This document shows positions 10,268 through 20,244 of a DNA stretch of 64,000 nucleotides, one piece after another (the first letter of the stretch is position 1; each line of letters begins with the position of its first letter). Below the pieces are notes generated by a model. That model saw only the letters and a list, made by a program, of their open reading frames with translations. It ran no database searches and was not told where the DNA came from. A program made the translations under genes and the position numbers. The DNA is taken from sequence record PZ151149.1; one strand, 5' to 3'. This stretch comes from a phage.

Positions 10268-10511
10268 TAAGCCACTCCGCAATCACACATTCCATAATAT
10301 TAAATGCTAACACATCTTCATCAATGTTGTAAACACTTGCCGCCTTCACTTTAACTAATGTGTCTCTGCGATCTGGCAACATGATCACATAATCCAGTGT
10401 CGCCGGATCATATGTCATAAAGGGATCAACATAAATCCCTTTATTCAATGCCAGATATTCGCGAAGACCTTCTATAACCCTGTGTCTAAGGTAGGTCATC
10501 GATAGAATCAT
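10248..10511 (-). CDS. hypothetical protein (46.1 position)
   Basis: 87-aa ORF, ATGA overlap with upstream gene. Confidence 0.45.
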   Translation of the reverse strand: MILSMTYLRHRVIEGLREYLALNKGIYVDPFMTYDPATLDYVIMLPDRRDTLVKVKAASVYNIDEDVLAFNIMECVIAEWLNGKVKF

Positions 10512-11080
10512 TTTAGTTTATGTTCCTCTAAAAATTCTTCAATTTCACCTTGCAGGTCTTCCGCTTGTTGTTCCAGAATATCGCGAAATTCACCTACCGT
10601 CAAGCGGTGATCACATTTCACCAGTCGATGCGGGAGAATATACCCTTTATACATTGTCTCTGACGCTTCCAGGAATACCCCACTATGCATGACAGAGATC
10701 CAACCTGTTAACGTCAATGGAGTATTCGGAAAATAATACTTGCTGGATTGTTTCCACTGTACGAAAGCACCATATACAATCGGATTATATTCACCAACCA
10801 CACTCTTAATAATGGATTCTACTTTGTCTTTTACAAAGTCGCCAATGTCCATAGTTACCATCAAATCCTGTGGATGAATCACTTTAAGGTAACGACGATA
10901 ACCGTCATCATACCACATCTTAACCACTGGCTGACCCCACATTTTAGCAATACGCGCTTTCAGATAGCCATAGATCGGATTCTTGCAATGTGATTGTTTT
11001 AGTGTGTATGTGTGCACCAATTTAATAAAATGTTCCATTACCAACCAATCAGAATCAGCCGCGACCATAGTCGTATTCAT
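10508..11080 (-). CDS. hypothetical protein (46.2 position)
   Basis: ATG at 11080 with GAGGAA SD. Confidence 0.5.
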   Translation of the reverse strand: MNTTMVAADSDWLVMEHFIKLVHTYTLKQSHCKNPIYGYLKARIAKMWGQPVVKMWYDDGYRRYLKVIHPQDLMVTMDIGDFVKDKVESIIKSVVGEYNPIVYGAFVQWKQSSKYYFPNTPLTLTGWISVMHSGVFLEASETMYKGYILPHRLVKCDHRLTVGEFRDILEQQAEDLQGEIEEFLEEHKLK

Positions 11081-11372
11081 AATATGTTCCTCGTTCAATC
11101 TCATATTGTTTCAGGTCTTCTAAAAGTTCATCCACTGCTTGTTTCAGCACATGACGCAGCGTAAAGTAATAGCTTTCATCAAATTCTATTTCCGCGCGAG
11201 GAATAGAGCGAATCTTACACTTAACAGTAGTATCGGTGAGTCGCTTTTCGACCATCATCCGAACTTCTTCATGCTCTTTAGAATACCATACATCAACGGA
11301 GATCCCCTTACGTCGAGCAAACATAGGCAAAGCTGCATTAAATTCTACTACTTTTTGTGCAAGTGTTTTCAT
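11055..11372 (-). CDS. hypothetical protein
   Basis: ATG at 11372 with GGAG SD. Confidence 0.45.
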   Translation of the reverse strand: MKTLAQKVVEFNAALPMFARRKGISVDVWYSKEHEEVRMMVEKRLTDTTVKCKIRSIPRAEIEFDESYYFTLRHVLKQAVDELLEDLKQYEIERGTYYEYDYGRG

Positions 11373-11373
11373 T

Positions 11374-11619
11374 TTACATACTCCACGATTCACGAGCAAT
11401 AACATTCTGGGTAATATCAGCAACCTTACGGGATACGATGTTTGTTAGCCCCTCTTTGGTGATATTTTCACGATCAAATGGGATTTCGTCATGAGTCCAT
11501 AAACCATAGTTAGACCGAAATGATAGCATATACTGACCATCTCGCACAACCTCAAATACATGGATCTTAGTGAATTTCGACAAACCTTCGTTGATTTCTT
11601 TCAGTGCATTAGTAATCAT
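11374..11619 (-). CDS. hypothetical protein
   Basis: ATG at 11619 with GGAGG SD. Confidence 0.45.
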   Translation of the reverse strand: MITNALKEINEGLSKFTKIHVFEVVRDGQYMLSFRSNYGLWTHDEIPFDRENITKEGLTNIVSRKVADITQNVIARESWSM

Positions 11620-11640
11620 AACAACCTCCAATCAATTTTT

Positions 11641-11668
11641 AGAGAGTATAACGGGGATTTCTCCCCGC
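11641..11668 (-). terminator. Hairpin CGGGGAGAAAUCCCCG downstream of gene 47
   Basis: 6-bp GC stem with 4-nt loop; weak U tract. Confidence 0.35.
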
Positions 11669-11673
11669 GTCAA

Positions 11674-12699
11674 CTAACTTTTTGCGTTATTTACTTCGGC
11701 TAAAAGTTCATCAGAAATACGCTTGACCGCCGCAAGTTCTTCCGGTTCTAGGTTTTGTTCTTCCAGATATTCATAGACCATCTGAATAGTGCTTTTAACT
11801 TCAATAACACCTGTTTCCTGTGATGCGCTACTCTCCAGCTTATGGACCACTTTTAGCTTGTGTACAACGGCCTCTAACGCGCTTTCTAACTTAGTTAATC
11901 CATTATCAGCGACCGTTGCGATAAGACGCACACTAAGCCCTTTAAAGCGTTCTACATCGATTTTATCATCTGACGGGTAAGTGATACGCACATGATAAGT
12001 TTTGTCATTCTGAATAAACTCTTTTTTGTGTGTATCGGTATCGAATACCCAAAAACCACGCGGATCGTTTTCGTCACCCGCCGTTAGTGTGTATGGTGTA
12101 CCAATATATGTTACGTTACCGCCATCACTGATAGTATGAAAGTGACCCGAAAACACTTCACGGTATTTCTTTAGGAAGTCCGCGCTATAACCTTCGGATT
12201 TTAACCCTTTATAGAAATAGTAGCCAGACAATTCCCAATGGCCTACACAATATTCGCTGAATGAATTTTGAATAAACTCTAAAACCTCTGATTTATTATC
12301 ATCACAAAACCACGGGAACAGATCGAACGATACCCCATCAAAGGTAACTGTTTCCGGCTTATCAATGACCTTAATGCAATCATACTGGCTTAACACTTCA
12401 CGCGGCGCGTTAGGCTGGATCTTATTGCGCTTAAACATATCATGATTCCCGACCGTGATATAACAAGTAATGCCAGCCTCTTCCAGTAATGGGATGACCT
12501 TAGTACGGTTAAATTTCATGGTTTCATGGGTAATTGCTTTTCGGCAATCAAACCAATCCCCTGTTTGAATCCATGTCTTAATATTATGCTCTTTGGAGTA
12601 TTCAACCGCTTTCTTGATGGTATCAAGAATATACTCATGCACCCACGGATCATCGCCACCGATACCAGTATGCAGATCACCTAAAAGCAAAATTTTCAT
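11674..12699 (-). CDS. 47: Recombination endonuclease subunit gp47 (Mre11/SbcD-like phosphoesterase)
   Basis: N-terminal LLGDLH metallophosphatase motif; identity to T4 gp47; 341 aa. Confidence 0.9.
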   Translation of the reverse strand: MKILLLGDLHTGIGGDDPWVHEYILDTIKKAVEYSKEHNIKTWIQTGDWFDCRKAITHETMKFNRTKVIPLLEEAGITCYITVGNHDMFKRNKIQPNAPREVLSQYDCIKVIDKPETVTFDGVSFDLFPWFCDDNKSEVLEFIQNSFSEYCVGHWELSGYYFYKGLKSEGYSADFLKKYREVFSGHFHTISDGGNVTYIGTPYTLTAGDENDPRGFWVFDTDTHKKEFIQNDKTYHVRITYPSDDKIDVERFKGLSVRLIATVADNGLTKLESALEAVVHKLKVVHKLESSASQETGVIEVKSTIQMVYEYLEEQNLEPEELAAVKRISDELLAEVNNAKS

Positions 12700-12789
12700 A
12701 GTCTCTTCCTCTCTTCGTTTTCGATGCTCTCACTATATCACAGAAAAATAAAAAGGGAAACCCTTTTCAGAGTCTCCCTTATAAAGCCA

Positions 12790-13077
12790 TTACAGCATAC
12801 TTAATACCGTTTGCCGTGTACTAATCCACATAGCAGAAAGCAGTTCTGGCGTGTGTGGCTGTTTGTAGATATCACGTAATTTTCCGATAGCGTAGATATA
12901 CGCATCACGATTATCATCGATGATAGCTTGTTCAGCCCACCGCTTAAGGCGTGCAATCTCTCGCGAGTTCTTACGCAAGATCTTTTCCGCTTTCTTAGCG
13001 GCTTTAGCCTCTAGTTCTGCTTGAACTTTGTCTACTTCATTCACTGCAATCTGGTCATGCTGTTCATTGCAAGTCAT
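12790..13077 (-). CDS. hypothetical protein
   Basis: 95-aa ORF with ATG start. Confidence 0.45.
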   Translation of the reverse strand: MTCNEQHDQIAVNEVDKVQAELEAKAAKKAEKILRKNSREIARLKRWAEQAIIDDNRDAYIYAIGKLRDIYKQPHTPELLSAMWISTRQTVLSML

Positions 13078-13078
13078 A

Positions 13079-13312
13079 TTATTTTACCTCTGGGATATAA
13101 TCAATTATTAAAGAAAATTCATCTTCTGATACATTATAGCTATGTGAGATTGTACCCGTAAAGACCTCAAGATCCGGTGATTTGATATTGCAAGGATCGA
13201 TAATCACCGGAACGCCGCAATCTCTCAAAAATAATTTGGCGAAATACGGCACGAGGTCAGTTTCAAACTCTGCTTCTTCCAGCAAACGGGAAATGTTAAT
13301 TTTCAATCTCAT
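13079..13312 (-). CDS. hypothetical protein
   Basis: 77-aa ORF overlapping start of gene 55. Confidence 0.4.
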   Translation of the reverse strand: MRLKINISRLLEEAEFETDLVPYFAKLFLRDCGVPVIIDPCNIKSPDLEVFTGTISHSYNVSEDEFSLIIDYIPEVK

Positions 13313-13829
13313 AAAATTGGTCCAGGCTAGGCAATTCCTCGGTCAATACATCTTCAACCTTTGGCGCTTTCGGTTTATTGACCGATTCCTCGTAGTTGTT
13401 GATTTTATCGTAAATGTCCTGTATGAATGCCTCATCCGCAATCTGGCACATATCAGCGTCGCGTTCGTCATATACATGATGCACAAAATATTTGTATTTT
13501 GCGGCTGTCGCTGTTCTCTCTTTTTTAATGCGCTGTACAAAAGCATTAAAGCACGCTTGCGTGATGTAAGCATGAGGATTTTTATACTTTGTCTCGTCAA
13601 AATTAATCAAACCCTTGACCGCCGCTTCGATTCCGTCGTCGATCATTTCTTCGCGCCATGTTTGACTATAACCAGAAAAGTTAAAACGACGTGATAGATT
13701 TTTAGAGATTTGCATAATTGCTAGGCCGATTTGATCGCTCATTGGAACTTGCCGACCTTCTGCTGCAATTTGTTGTTTCCAACGGCAAATTTCTTCGTAA
13801 AGCTCTTTATTGTTTACATAATCAGACAC
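13296..13829 (-). CDS. 55: Late transcription sigma factor gp55
   Basis: High identity to T4 gp55 ([59 protein letters not shown]); apparent GTG start with GAGGGTG SD. Confidence 0.9.
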   Translation of the reverse strand: MSDYVNNKELYEEICRWKQQIAAEGRQVPMSDQIGLAIMQISKNLSRRFNFSGYSQTWREEMIDDGIEAAVKGLINFDETKYKNPHAYITQACFNAFVQRIKKERTATAAKYKYFVHHVYDERDADMCQIADEAFIQDIYDKINNYEESVNKPKAPKVEDVLTEELPSLDQFYEIEN

Positions 13830-13869
13830 TTCGCACCCTCGCTATTATTTAGGAAATAACCCTTTCGGG

Positions 13870-15339
13870 CTATTCCCCATTACCATTATACTTTCTTTGC
13901 TTAGTTATCCACACTCTAACCATCTCTACTGATTCACCGTCAGACGGATCAAGAGTTTTTCCTTTTTTCTTCATGCGATACTTAAATCCGTTAAATCTTG
14001 CATTCTCTTGCTCGTTAAAGTCGAACATCTTTTTAAATGATTTTCGCCCTTTACGCTCACCACATTCTAGCGGAATCATTCGGTCTGTTATTACATTGGC
14101 ATTAGGTAGAAACGTTTTTAGATAATCCACCAAAGCCCAATCAGGAACATATAGATTAACATTCTCCTTGCTATCGTTGTCTCTCAGGTTACAACGCAAA
14201 CATAATTGAAATGCTGGTTCCAGATAATCAGACACATGACGCGCTTTCAAAAACTCGTTTGTCGGGAGATCACAACTATTAGCAAGACCTTTTAAAATAT
14301 CAATCTCCCATCGTTGAGGGTTAAAGCTGAACATCACAGCAACATTTTTATGATGAATGTAAGAGTTAAGACCATAAGATCCGTAAGGTATCCGCTCACC
14401 AATACCATTTGTGCACGCTTCACGGTCCCGATTCACTGTATAAATGAAGTTATCACCACATTCATTTTTAACCATATCAACAAGACGTTCAAAGGTATTG
14501 TTTGTTTCTGACTGGTGACGCGACCATCGTTCGGAGTCCGTCATAAGGATGATGTTAACTCTATCTGTATTTTTATACTCTTTGAAATATAGTCTGGATT
14601 CTAGCGCACTCGGAACAAAATCGCAATTTGCATAGTATCGTAGATACTTCCCACTATATGTATCAAAGAGATTTGCACATGCTATCGTAACCTTTTTAAA
14701 GTCTCCCCATGTACCGTGTTTGTTATCGTTCAAGAAAACAATTTTCGACCCATTCTTCCGGTGTCCTTCGTTATGTTTTACCATAACGTTGATTTTCTTC
14801 TCTAATAACGCCTCATAAAGCCCTCTAAGAGAAGAATCGATCATATCAGTACCATCCTTTGCACTTTCTATCTTTTCTTTGATAGCGGCCTTCTCGGAGT
14901 CTTTTAGAACTAAGTTCTGTAGACATTCCGATTCGTCGGCGATTGGTTCGCAATGCTTCGTGATAAGTTCAAGATTAGACTTAAACGGATACTCATTAAA
15001 TTCAACCAGTTGAGGAACTTCATCAATGTAAAGCGCATAATCACCAAACATTTTTGAACGTTCCATATTAGATAACGCTGTATGTGTAATGAATATCACA
15101 TCAGCACCATCTTTAACTGATTGCATTATCGACGCTTGCACTGTCTTAAGGCTTCTTAGTCTTGTGCTATCAATCAAGACAGCACGACCGCCCATTCTTT
15201 TAAACTTATTGTAAGATTGTTCACTTAAAACACGAGATGGCGAAGCAATAACCGCTTTTTCTTTTGTCTCTAGGACGTGGGAAAGTATAGCATCAGTTTT
15301 CCCCGCCGCTGGCAATGCGATTAATGTTTCAATCTTCAT
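13870..15339 (-). CDS. Uncharacterised P-loop NTPase, helicase-like N-terminal domain
   Basis: 489 aa; Walker A ALPAAGKT, VIASPSRVL (motif Ia-like) and YIDEVPQ (Walker B-like); no match recalled to known T4 genes at this locus. Confidence 0.6.
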   Translation of the reverse strand: MKIETLIALPAAGKTDAILSHVLETKEKAVIASPSRVLSEQSYNKFKRMGGRAVLIDSTRLRSLKTVQASIMQSVKDGADVIFITHTALSNMERSKMFGDYALYIDEVPQLVEFNEYPFKSNLELITKHCEPIADESECLQNLVLKDSEKAAIKEKIESAKDGTDMIDSSLRGLYEALLEKKINVMVKHNEGHRKNGSKIVFLNDNKHGTWGDFKKVTIACANLFDTYSGKYLRYYANCDFVPSALESRLYFKEYKNTDRVNIILMTDSERWSRHQSETNNTFERLVDMVKNECGDNFIYTVNRDREACTNGIGERIPYGSYGLNSYIHHKNVAVMFSFNPQRWEIDILKGLANSCDLPTNEFLKARHVSDYLEPAFQLCLRCNLRDNDSKENVNLYVPDWALVDYLKTFLPNANVITDRMIPLECGERKGRKSFKKMFDFNEQENARFNGFKYRMKKKGKTLDPSDGESVEMVRVWITKQRKYNGNGE

Positions 15340-15626
15340 TAGAAACCCTTACGTCGTGCTTTCTGGCATTTCTTGATCATTTTATCAGAAATTTCGCGCT
15401 TAGGTGCAATCTCTTTCACACCGAAAGCACTAATGCCAAATTCAGAGAGAATATATTCAACCAACAATTCACGCACACGCGTTTTACCGATATTCACGCC
15501 GTTATTTTTCAGATATGTCTGGCCTTCGACTTGCATCAGATCTAAATCTGCGTCGGTAATATTGATTTCTTCCATGCGCCCAAATCGAGAATAAACCATG
15601 TGTGCGATTGCATTGTGTACTAACAT
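15339..15626 (-). CDS. hypothetical protein
   Basis: ATG at 15626 with GAGGAA SD. Confidence 0.45.
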   Translation of the reverse strand: MLVHNAIAHMVYSRFGRMEEINITDADLDLMQVEGQTYLKNNGVNIGKTRVRELLVEYILSEFGISAFGVKEIAPKREISDKMIKKCQKARRKGF

Positions 15627-15650
15627 AATATATTCCTCACTCAAGAATTA

Positions 15651-15806
15651 CTTAATGATACTTACTTTACCAGATCCATGACAATGAGCGCAACACCCAT
15701 CACCACGCAATCCTGTTCCGTTACAGTGTTTACACTTCTTCAACGGTAAAGTCATTATAGCAAATAAAGCAATAATGAACACCGAAACTAAATTCTCAAT
15801 AATCAT
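15651..15806 (-). CDS. possible small Cys-rich membrane-anchored protein (51 aa)
   Basis: Unlisted short ORF MIIENLVSVFIIALFAIMTLPLKKCKHCNGTGLRGDGCCAHCHGSGK; start overlaps upstream stop. Confidence 0.25.
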
Positions 15807-16065
15807 AAATCGCCCTCAGTTCTTTATAGCCTCCAATGTGCTCGTTGTCAATGAATATCTGGGGGTATACAAACCGGAGGCTCTTTGAGTTTAGCCTCCC
15901 CGCCAGTTCTTCAATCATATCACGGTCGGGAATAATGTCAACCCCGACCTGCTTGAATACTGGTTTAAGTGTATACGGAATACCCAGATCATCCAGTAGC
16001 TTCATTGCACCAATACAACCATAACAATGATAAGCCTCTTTCGGTATGCCGTATATCTCGATCAT
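15796..16065 (-). CDS. nrdH: Glutaredoxin-like protein (NrdH-like)
   Basis: 89 aa, CYGC redox motif near N-terminus, position between 55 and nrdG as in T4. Confidence 0.65.
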   Translation of the reverse strand: MIEIYGIPKEAYHCYGCIGAMKLLDDLGIPYTLKPVFKQVGVDIIPDRDMIEELAGRLNSKSLRFVYPQIFIDNEHIGGYKELRAIYDY

Positions 16066-16538
16066 TTCTCAGCCTTTAATCTTTCTAGTTCTTCTTCCAG
16101 TTCCTTGATCCGTTGGTCACGTTCAAAGTCACGCTGTAGCTTAGTGGCAAATACTCGCTTAAACTGATTGTAATCATCGATTTTAAACACTTCTTCTTCG
16201 CCATAGCGACGCACAGAAACTTCGTAGTTATTGAAGAATTGTTGCATCATTGCTTCGGATGATAGCTCTGCTGATACCACTTTAAAATATTGATCTTCTG
16301 TAGGCGAAAACCAATTACAAGCATAAAGATAAACCTTTTCATTGTCTGGACACTGGTAAGCCTTACCATCGATTTCAATCACAGAAACATATTCAGGTAT
16401 ACTAGATGAATCAATAGCTAAGACTTTAAACGCACGGTCCCCGATAAACTCGGAGATCACACGATTCGCATCACTGGTTGCAAATGCTTTACGCGCTTGT
16501 TCGTTTTTCCACTGATAGGTCATACCAACAACAAACAT
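16062..16538 (-). CDS. Member of expanded paralogous domain family (one repeat + coiled-coil tail)
   Basis: MFVVGMTYQWKNEQARKAF...VIEIDGKAY...YF motif shared with neighbouring ORFs; ATG at 16538. Confidence 0.6.
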   Translation of the reverse strand: MFVVGMTYQWKNEQARKAFATSDANRVISEFIGDRAFKVLAIDSSSIPEYVSVIEIDGKAYQCPDNEKVYLYACNWFSPTEDQYFKVVSAELSSEAMMQQFFNNYEVSVRRYGEEEVFKIDDYNQFKRVFATKLQRDFERDQRIKELEEELERLKAEK

Positions 16539-16539
16539 A

Positions 16540-17364
16540 TTACCAACCTCGCTCTTTACCAATCAAAAATTCAACTTCACGACGTTTAATGTCTTCTTGA
16601 AGGTCTTTAATCTTCTGGCGATCTTGCATGATTTCATCCATCTTGTCAAGTGCTGTAATGAAGTCATCGAAACGTTCAAAGGTTTTACCTTCATTTGCTT
16701 CGCCAAATTTAACCATTGTCAGGCCGTAACGACTACTAAACAGACGTTTCAACTGTCCAACGATTTTAGAATCAGTGGTTATAACTTCCAATTCTTCTAC
16801 TTCACGAAAGAATTTTCTATCAGAATCAATAAACCAGCTAGTTCCTTTATGGTCTCTATCTTCGGTTGCGCTCATTAGAGTATGGTCTTTACCATCAATT
16901 TCAATTACATCAATTTGCCCACATGGACTAACATTTTTAACAGTAAAAGGTCTATAATTTATTGCTCGTGCAATAACATAATTAAGGTTAGATACGTTTT
17001 CAGCATAATGACAGAAGTCGGTCATAGCCTTATCATCTTTCCAAGTATAAGTTTTACCAACTTCCCATTTCTGGGGAACTTCTTCAACTTCACGAAAGAA
17101 TTTTCTATCAAATGGACTAAACAAATATGTTGACTTCCAAATGTCTTTTCCTGTAGCAGTTTTCGCCGTATGATAAACACCGTCTAGCTCTATTGCATCA
17201 ATCCAACCGTTACCCTCGATCTCGATGATGGTAAATGGCTTGTCACCAATAGCTGCACTAATATCGCTGTTAAGTGGAGAAAGAACACCTTCTCCGTTAG
17301 TAATAAACTCAGTTTTAGCGTTTTCGTCTTTCCAAGTGTAAGTTTTACCAATTTCCCATTTCAT
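16540..17364 (-). CDS. Member of expanded paralogous domain family (two tandem repeats + coiled-coil tail)
   Basis: Two internal copies: MKWEIGKTYTWKDENAKTEF...IELDGVYHT...DRKFFREVEEV and QKWEVGKTYTWKDDKAMTDF...IEIDGKDHT...DRKFFREVEELE. Confidence 0.65.
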   Translation of the reverse strand: MKWEIGKTYTWKDENAKTEFITNGEGVLSPLNSDISAAIGDKPFTIIEIEGNGWIDAIELDGVYHTAKTATGKDIWKSTYLFSPFDRKFFREVEEVPQKWEVGKTYTWKDDKAMTDFCHYAENVSNLNYVIARAINYRPFTVKNVSPCGQIDVIEIDGKDHTLMSATEDRDHKGTSWFIDSDRKFFREVEELEVITTDSKIVGQLKRLFSSRYGLTMVKFGEANEGKTFERFDDFITALDKMDEIMQDRQKIKDLQEDIKRREVEFLIGKERGW

Positions 17365-17376
17365 AATATATTCCCC

Positions 17377-17862
17377 TTAACCGATTTTATCAAGTTCGTT
17401 TAACGCTTTCTCTGCTTCCTGTATAGCTTGCACCCTTTCCGGCATTTTGTCAAGAAAATCTTTCAACTCTTCAAAACTGGAGATATGACGCAAGGCGTTA
17501 GCACCGATAGCCGCATGTGATTTGCATTCAAAGCGGATTTTATAATTATCCATAGCCAATTTGAGAAGATCAATTAGATCATGTTCATGACCAGGCAATA
17601 AAACTTCTTTGAAGCACGCTCGGTCGGCATCGGAAAACCATATATTATCACCAACATCGATAGAACTAATATAATCCCCTTCGTGATTATAGATTGAACG
17701 TACATTACCCCAACGGTCTACCGTAGCGACAGTAAATGGTTTATCTAGATATGTAAACACACCATCAATATTAGGTTTTTGTTCGTAACGCCAACCATCA
17801 CGCAAAATACGCTTTTCGTCCTCACCAACCAACTTATATGTCTTCCCTTCTTCCCATTTCAT
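17377..17862 (-). CDS. Member of expanded paralogous domain family
   Basis: MKWEEGKTYKL...DADRACFKEV; start at ATG 17862. Confidence 0.6.
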   Translation of the reverse strand: MKWEEGKTYKLVGEDEKRILRDGWRYEQKPNIDGVFTYLDKPFTVATVDRWGNVRSIYNHEGDYISSIDVGDNIWFSDADRACFKEVLLPGHEHDLIDLLKLAMDNYKIRFECKSHAAIGANALRHISSFEELKDFLDKMPERVQAIQEAEKALNELDKIG

Positions 17863-17866
17863 AATA

Positions 17867-18394
17867 TCATCTCTCATTTTTGATACGTGATTCTAATTGG
17901 ATCATACGGTCGCGCGTTTGCTTATATTCGCGGATAGCACCGATTCGGCTAGGCATACCATCCAGTACGCTCTTAATACCTTCTAGGGTAGTGATTTTAG
18001 CAATGCTATTATGCAATCCTGTCTTATCGATCAACTGAATGTCGTAGGCTTCCATAAGCAGACCCAGACGTTCTAAAGTTAGGTCTTCTTCTTTTTCTTC
18101 CGATTCTGGAATCTTAGGTTCAATAGTAACTTCGGTAAAGAAACGACGCTCACCCGACCAAAACCACACGCCGGAACAGCCAATAGGGGATTCTTTTAAC
18201 GTCATAGAGTCGAAATTACTACCAATAATAGTAATTTCTCTAACATCACCATCATCATCAAGGTCTTCTACCCTAAACGGGCGACCAGCCAACAAGTCAA
18301 CAATACATCTGTTAATAGACGACGAAAATTTAGTCAGTTCGGCTTTCGACGCTTCGCATTCAATCTTGTAAGTTTTACCAACTTCCCATTCCAT
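17867..18394 (-). CDS. Member of expanded paralogous domain family
   Basis: MEWEVGKTYKIECEASKAEL...GERRFFTEV; ATG at 18394 with GAGGTGA SD. Confidence 0.6.
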   Translation of the reverse strand: MEWEVGKTYKIECEASKAELTKFSSSINRCIVDLLAGRPFRVEDLDDDGDVREITIIGSNFDSMTLKESPIGCSGVWFWSGERRFFTEVTIEPKIPESEEKEEDLTLERLGLLMEAYDIQLIDKTGLHNSIAKITTLEGIKSVLDGMPSRIGAIREYKQTRDRMIQLESRIKNER

Positions 18395-18404
18395 AATAAT
18401 CACC

Positions 18405-18908
18405 TCAAATAATTTTCACTGGAATACTATTAACAATCTTGTATTGTACTTGATTGTCAGACCCCCGCCACGGCTTCTTCGTTGGCATATCTTTAATATA
18501 ACGCCCATCGATGAACATGTCAACTGATTCTACAATTTTTCTTTGCTCATCATTCAATTGGTCAAGGGTATAACCAGACCATAGCCAAATATCTTTATTT
18601 GGCATCCATGATTTTACTTCATCGATGATCCGCTGTACACCCTTTAAATTGCGTTTATACAGTGGATCACCGCCTAAGAATGTTAGCCCCTGAATAAAAT
18701 CAGGTCTAAGCAGATCCAGAATCAATCCCATTGTGTCATCAGTGAATGGTTCCCCGTTCTTAGGATTGAGTAGACTGGAATTAAAGCAACCATCACATGC
18801 GTGTGAACATCCGGTAACGTAAAGGGAGACTCTCACTCCCTCACCGTTAACCATATCACAATCTTTAATATCGGCATAGCGTAGTTTGCCGTATGTATCA
18901 GAACTCAT
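18405..18908 (-). CDS. nrdG: Anaerobic ribonucleotide reductase activating protein NrdG (radical SAM)
   Basis: CxxxCxxC-type cluster VTGCSHACDGC, LTFLGGDPLY, DIWLWSGY, KKPWRGSDNQ; strong similarity to T4 NrdG. Confidence 0.85.
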   Translation of the reverse strand: MSSDTYGKLRYADIKDCDMVNGEGVRVSLYVTGCSHACDGCFNSSLLNPKNGEPFTDDTMGLILDLLRPDFIQGLTFLGGDPLYKRNLKGVQRIIDEVKSWMPNKDIWLWSGYTLDQLNDEQRKIVESVDMFIDGRYIKDMPTKKPWRGSDNQVQYKIVNSIPVKII

Positions 18909-19125
18909 ATTCAATTACCCCGAACTCGTTTACAATCTGCGCTTTATAGTAACCGCCGCGAGATGCTAATAGATAAGCTGGGCTTAGGTATTCGTATTCA
19001 CGGATTTCTACTTGTGCGTTTTCAGTTTCCCAAATCAGTAAAGTCCACATATTTGATTCTCCTGTAAAGTTGTATCTCGTCTTGATGAATATAGTATAGG
19101 GGATCTCGCGATCCCCGTCAAGCAT
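18898..19125 (-). CDS. hypothetical protein
   Basis: 75-aa ORF. Confidence 0.4.
   Translation of the reverse strand: MLDGDREIPYTIFIKTRYNFTGESNMWTLLIWETENAQVEIREYEYLSPAYLLASRGGYYKAQIVNEFGVIEYEF
19093..19121 (-). promoter_or_regulatory. Early-type promoter TTGACG-17-TATACT with hairpin-forming spacer
   Basis: Spacer GGGATCGCGAGATCCCC is self-complementary; lies just upstream of 18898..19125 ORF. Confidence 0.4.
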
Positions 19126-19653
19126 TTATTTTAAATTTTTTCGAATGTATTCAGACCATTCCTTCCCCGTCATTTCGGACCCATTCTGGAAACTGAAATA
19201 TTCATACGGCATCGAGTCAAGATAAAACAGGATCATACATCGCGCCATATAATACCAATCACGATTAAAGTAAACTACGTTATCACCAGTACCATCAACC
19301 CCTTTATCATAACCATCGCGGGTACGGGCTACCCATTGAATAGTATCATTTTTCTCACGGATAGTAACAGGTTCCCAATATCCAGCACATCCAGCATGAC
19401 CACACGAACAAGTAAGGAAGTATTGGCCTTTTGCTTTGTTGTCATCCCATTCACGATGGATTGGTTTGATCTCGTGAAACAGTGCCAAGCAATCATGATT
19501 ATGCAACACTGGCTTACCATCAATCAATGCATGGAATGTATACAAACGACCAGTAGACAAATAGCTATCCTCACGCTCACAGAGTTCAATAGCAATCTTT
19601 TTAGCTTGTTCTTTGTGCCGTTGTGCTTTACGCTTACGGTTTAATGATTTCAT
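19126..19653 (-). CDS. hypothetical protein (Cys-rich CSCGHAGCAGYW segment)
   Basis: ATG at 19653 with GAGGTGA SD. Confidence 0.5.
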   Translation of the reverse strand: MKSLNRKRKAQRHKEQAKKIAIELCEREDSYLSTGRLYTFHALIDGKPVLHNHDCLALFHEIKPIHREWDDNKAKGQYFLTCSCGHAGCAGYWEPVTIREKNDTIQWVARTRDGYDKGVDGTGDNVVYFNRDWYYMARCMILFYLDSMPYEYFSFQNGSEMTGKEWSEYIRKNLK

Positions 19654-19670
19654 ATTCACCTCACACATTA

Positions 19671-20216
19671 TCAAAGGTCGCGATATAGCACATTATGAAA
19701 ATGAGAACTTGCATTACCAATATTGTAGATAATAAATTCTTCATCCGGCGCTTGCGCTACAAATTGAGTATGAGCAACCGCTACAACCTTAAAAATACGA
19801 TCCGTAATCTTGTGTTTAATTTCTGCTCCTACTTCCATAGGAACATATTCATGTGTTTCTGTTTCAGTCGCAAAACAGCTATCTTCTTCATAAGCACGAA
19901 CAAATCGATCGCAATCAGTACGCTTAACAAATTCAAGAGTATATAATTCTCGTGAATTGTCGGTATAGACCAATACAGAATTATTCTGATAGCGAATCAC
20001 ATACAGGTTATTATCATCGTCAAGTACACAAAAGCTACGGATTTGTGTTCCTTCGCCTTTACTCCAGCAGATATTAACCACGGTTCCTCTAATAAAAAAA
20101 CTTTCCTTTAAATTAAAACTAGCCAATGTGCTAGCGTGCATTTTAACAACAACACCATCACCAATTTCCAGTTTACGAAGTTTAACTTCTTTGCTCAGTA
20201 CACAAAACATCATCAT
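19671..20216 (-). CDS. hypothetical protein
   Basis: 181-aa ORF starting MMMF. Confidence 0.5.
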   Translation of the reverse strand: MMMFCVLSKEVKLRKLEIGDGVVVKMHASTLASFNLKESFFIRGTVVNICWSKGEGTQIRSFCVLDDDNNLYVIRYQNNSVLVYTDNSRELYTLEFVKRTDCDRFVRAYEEDSCFATETETHEYVPMEVGAEIKHKITDRIFKVVAVAHTQFVAQAPDEEFIIYNIGNASSHFHNVLYRDL

Positions 20217-20244
20217 GTTGTCCTCTCGTTGTTTTCGATGTGAG

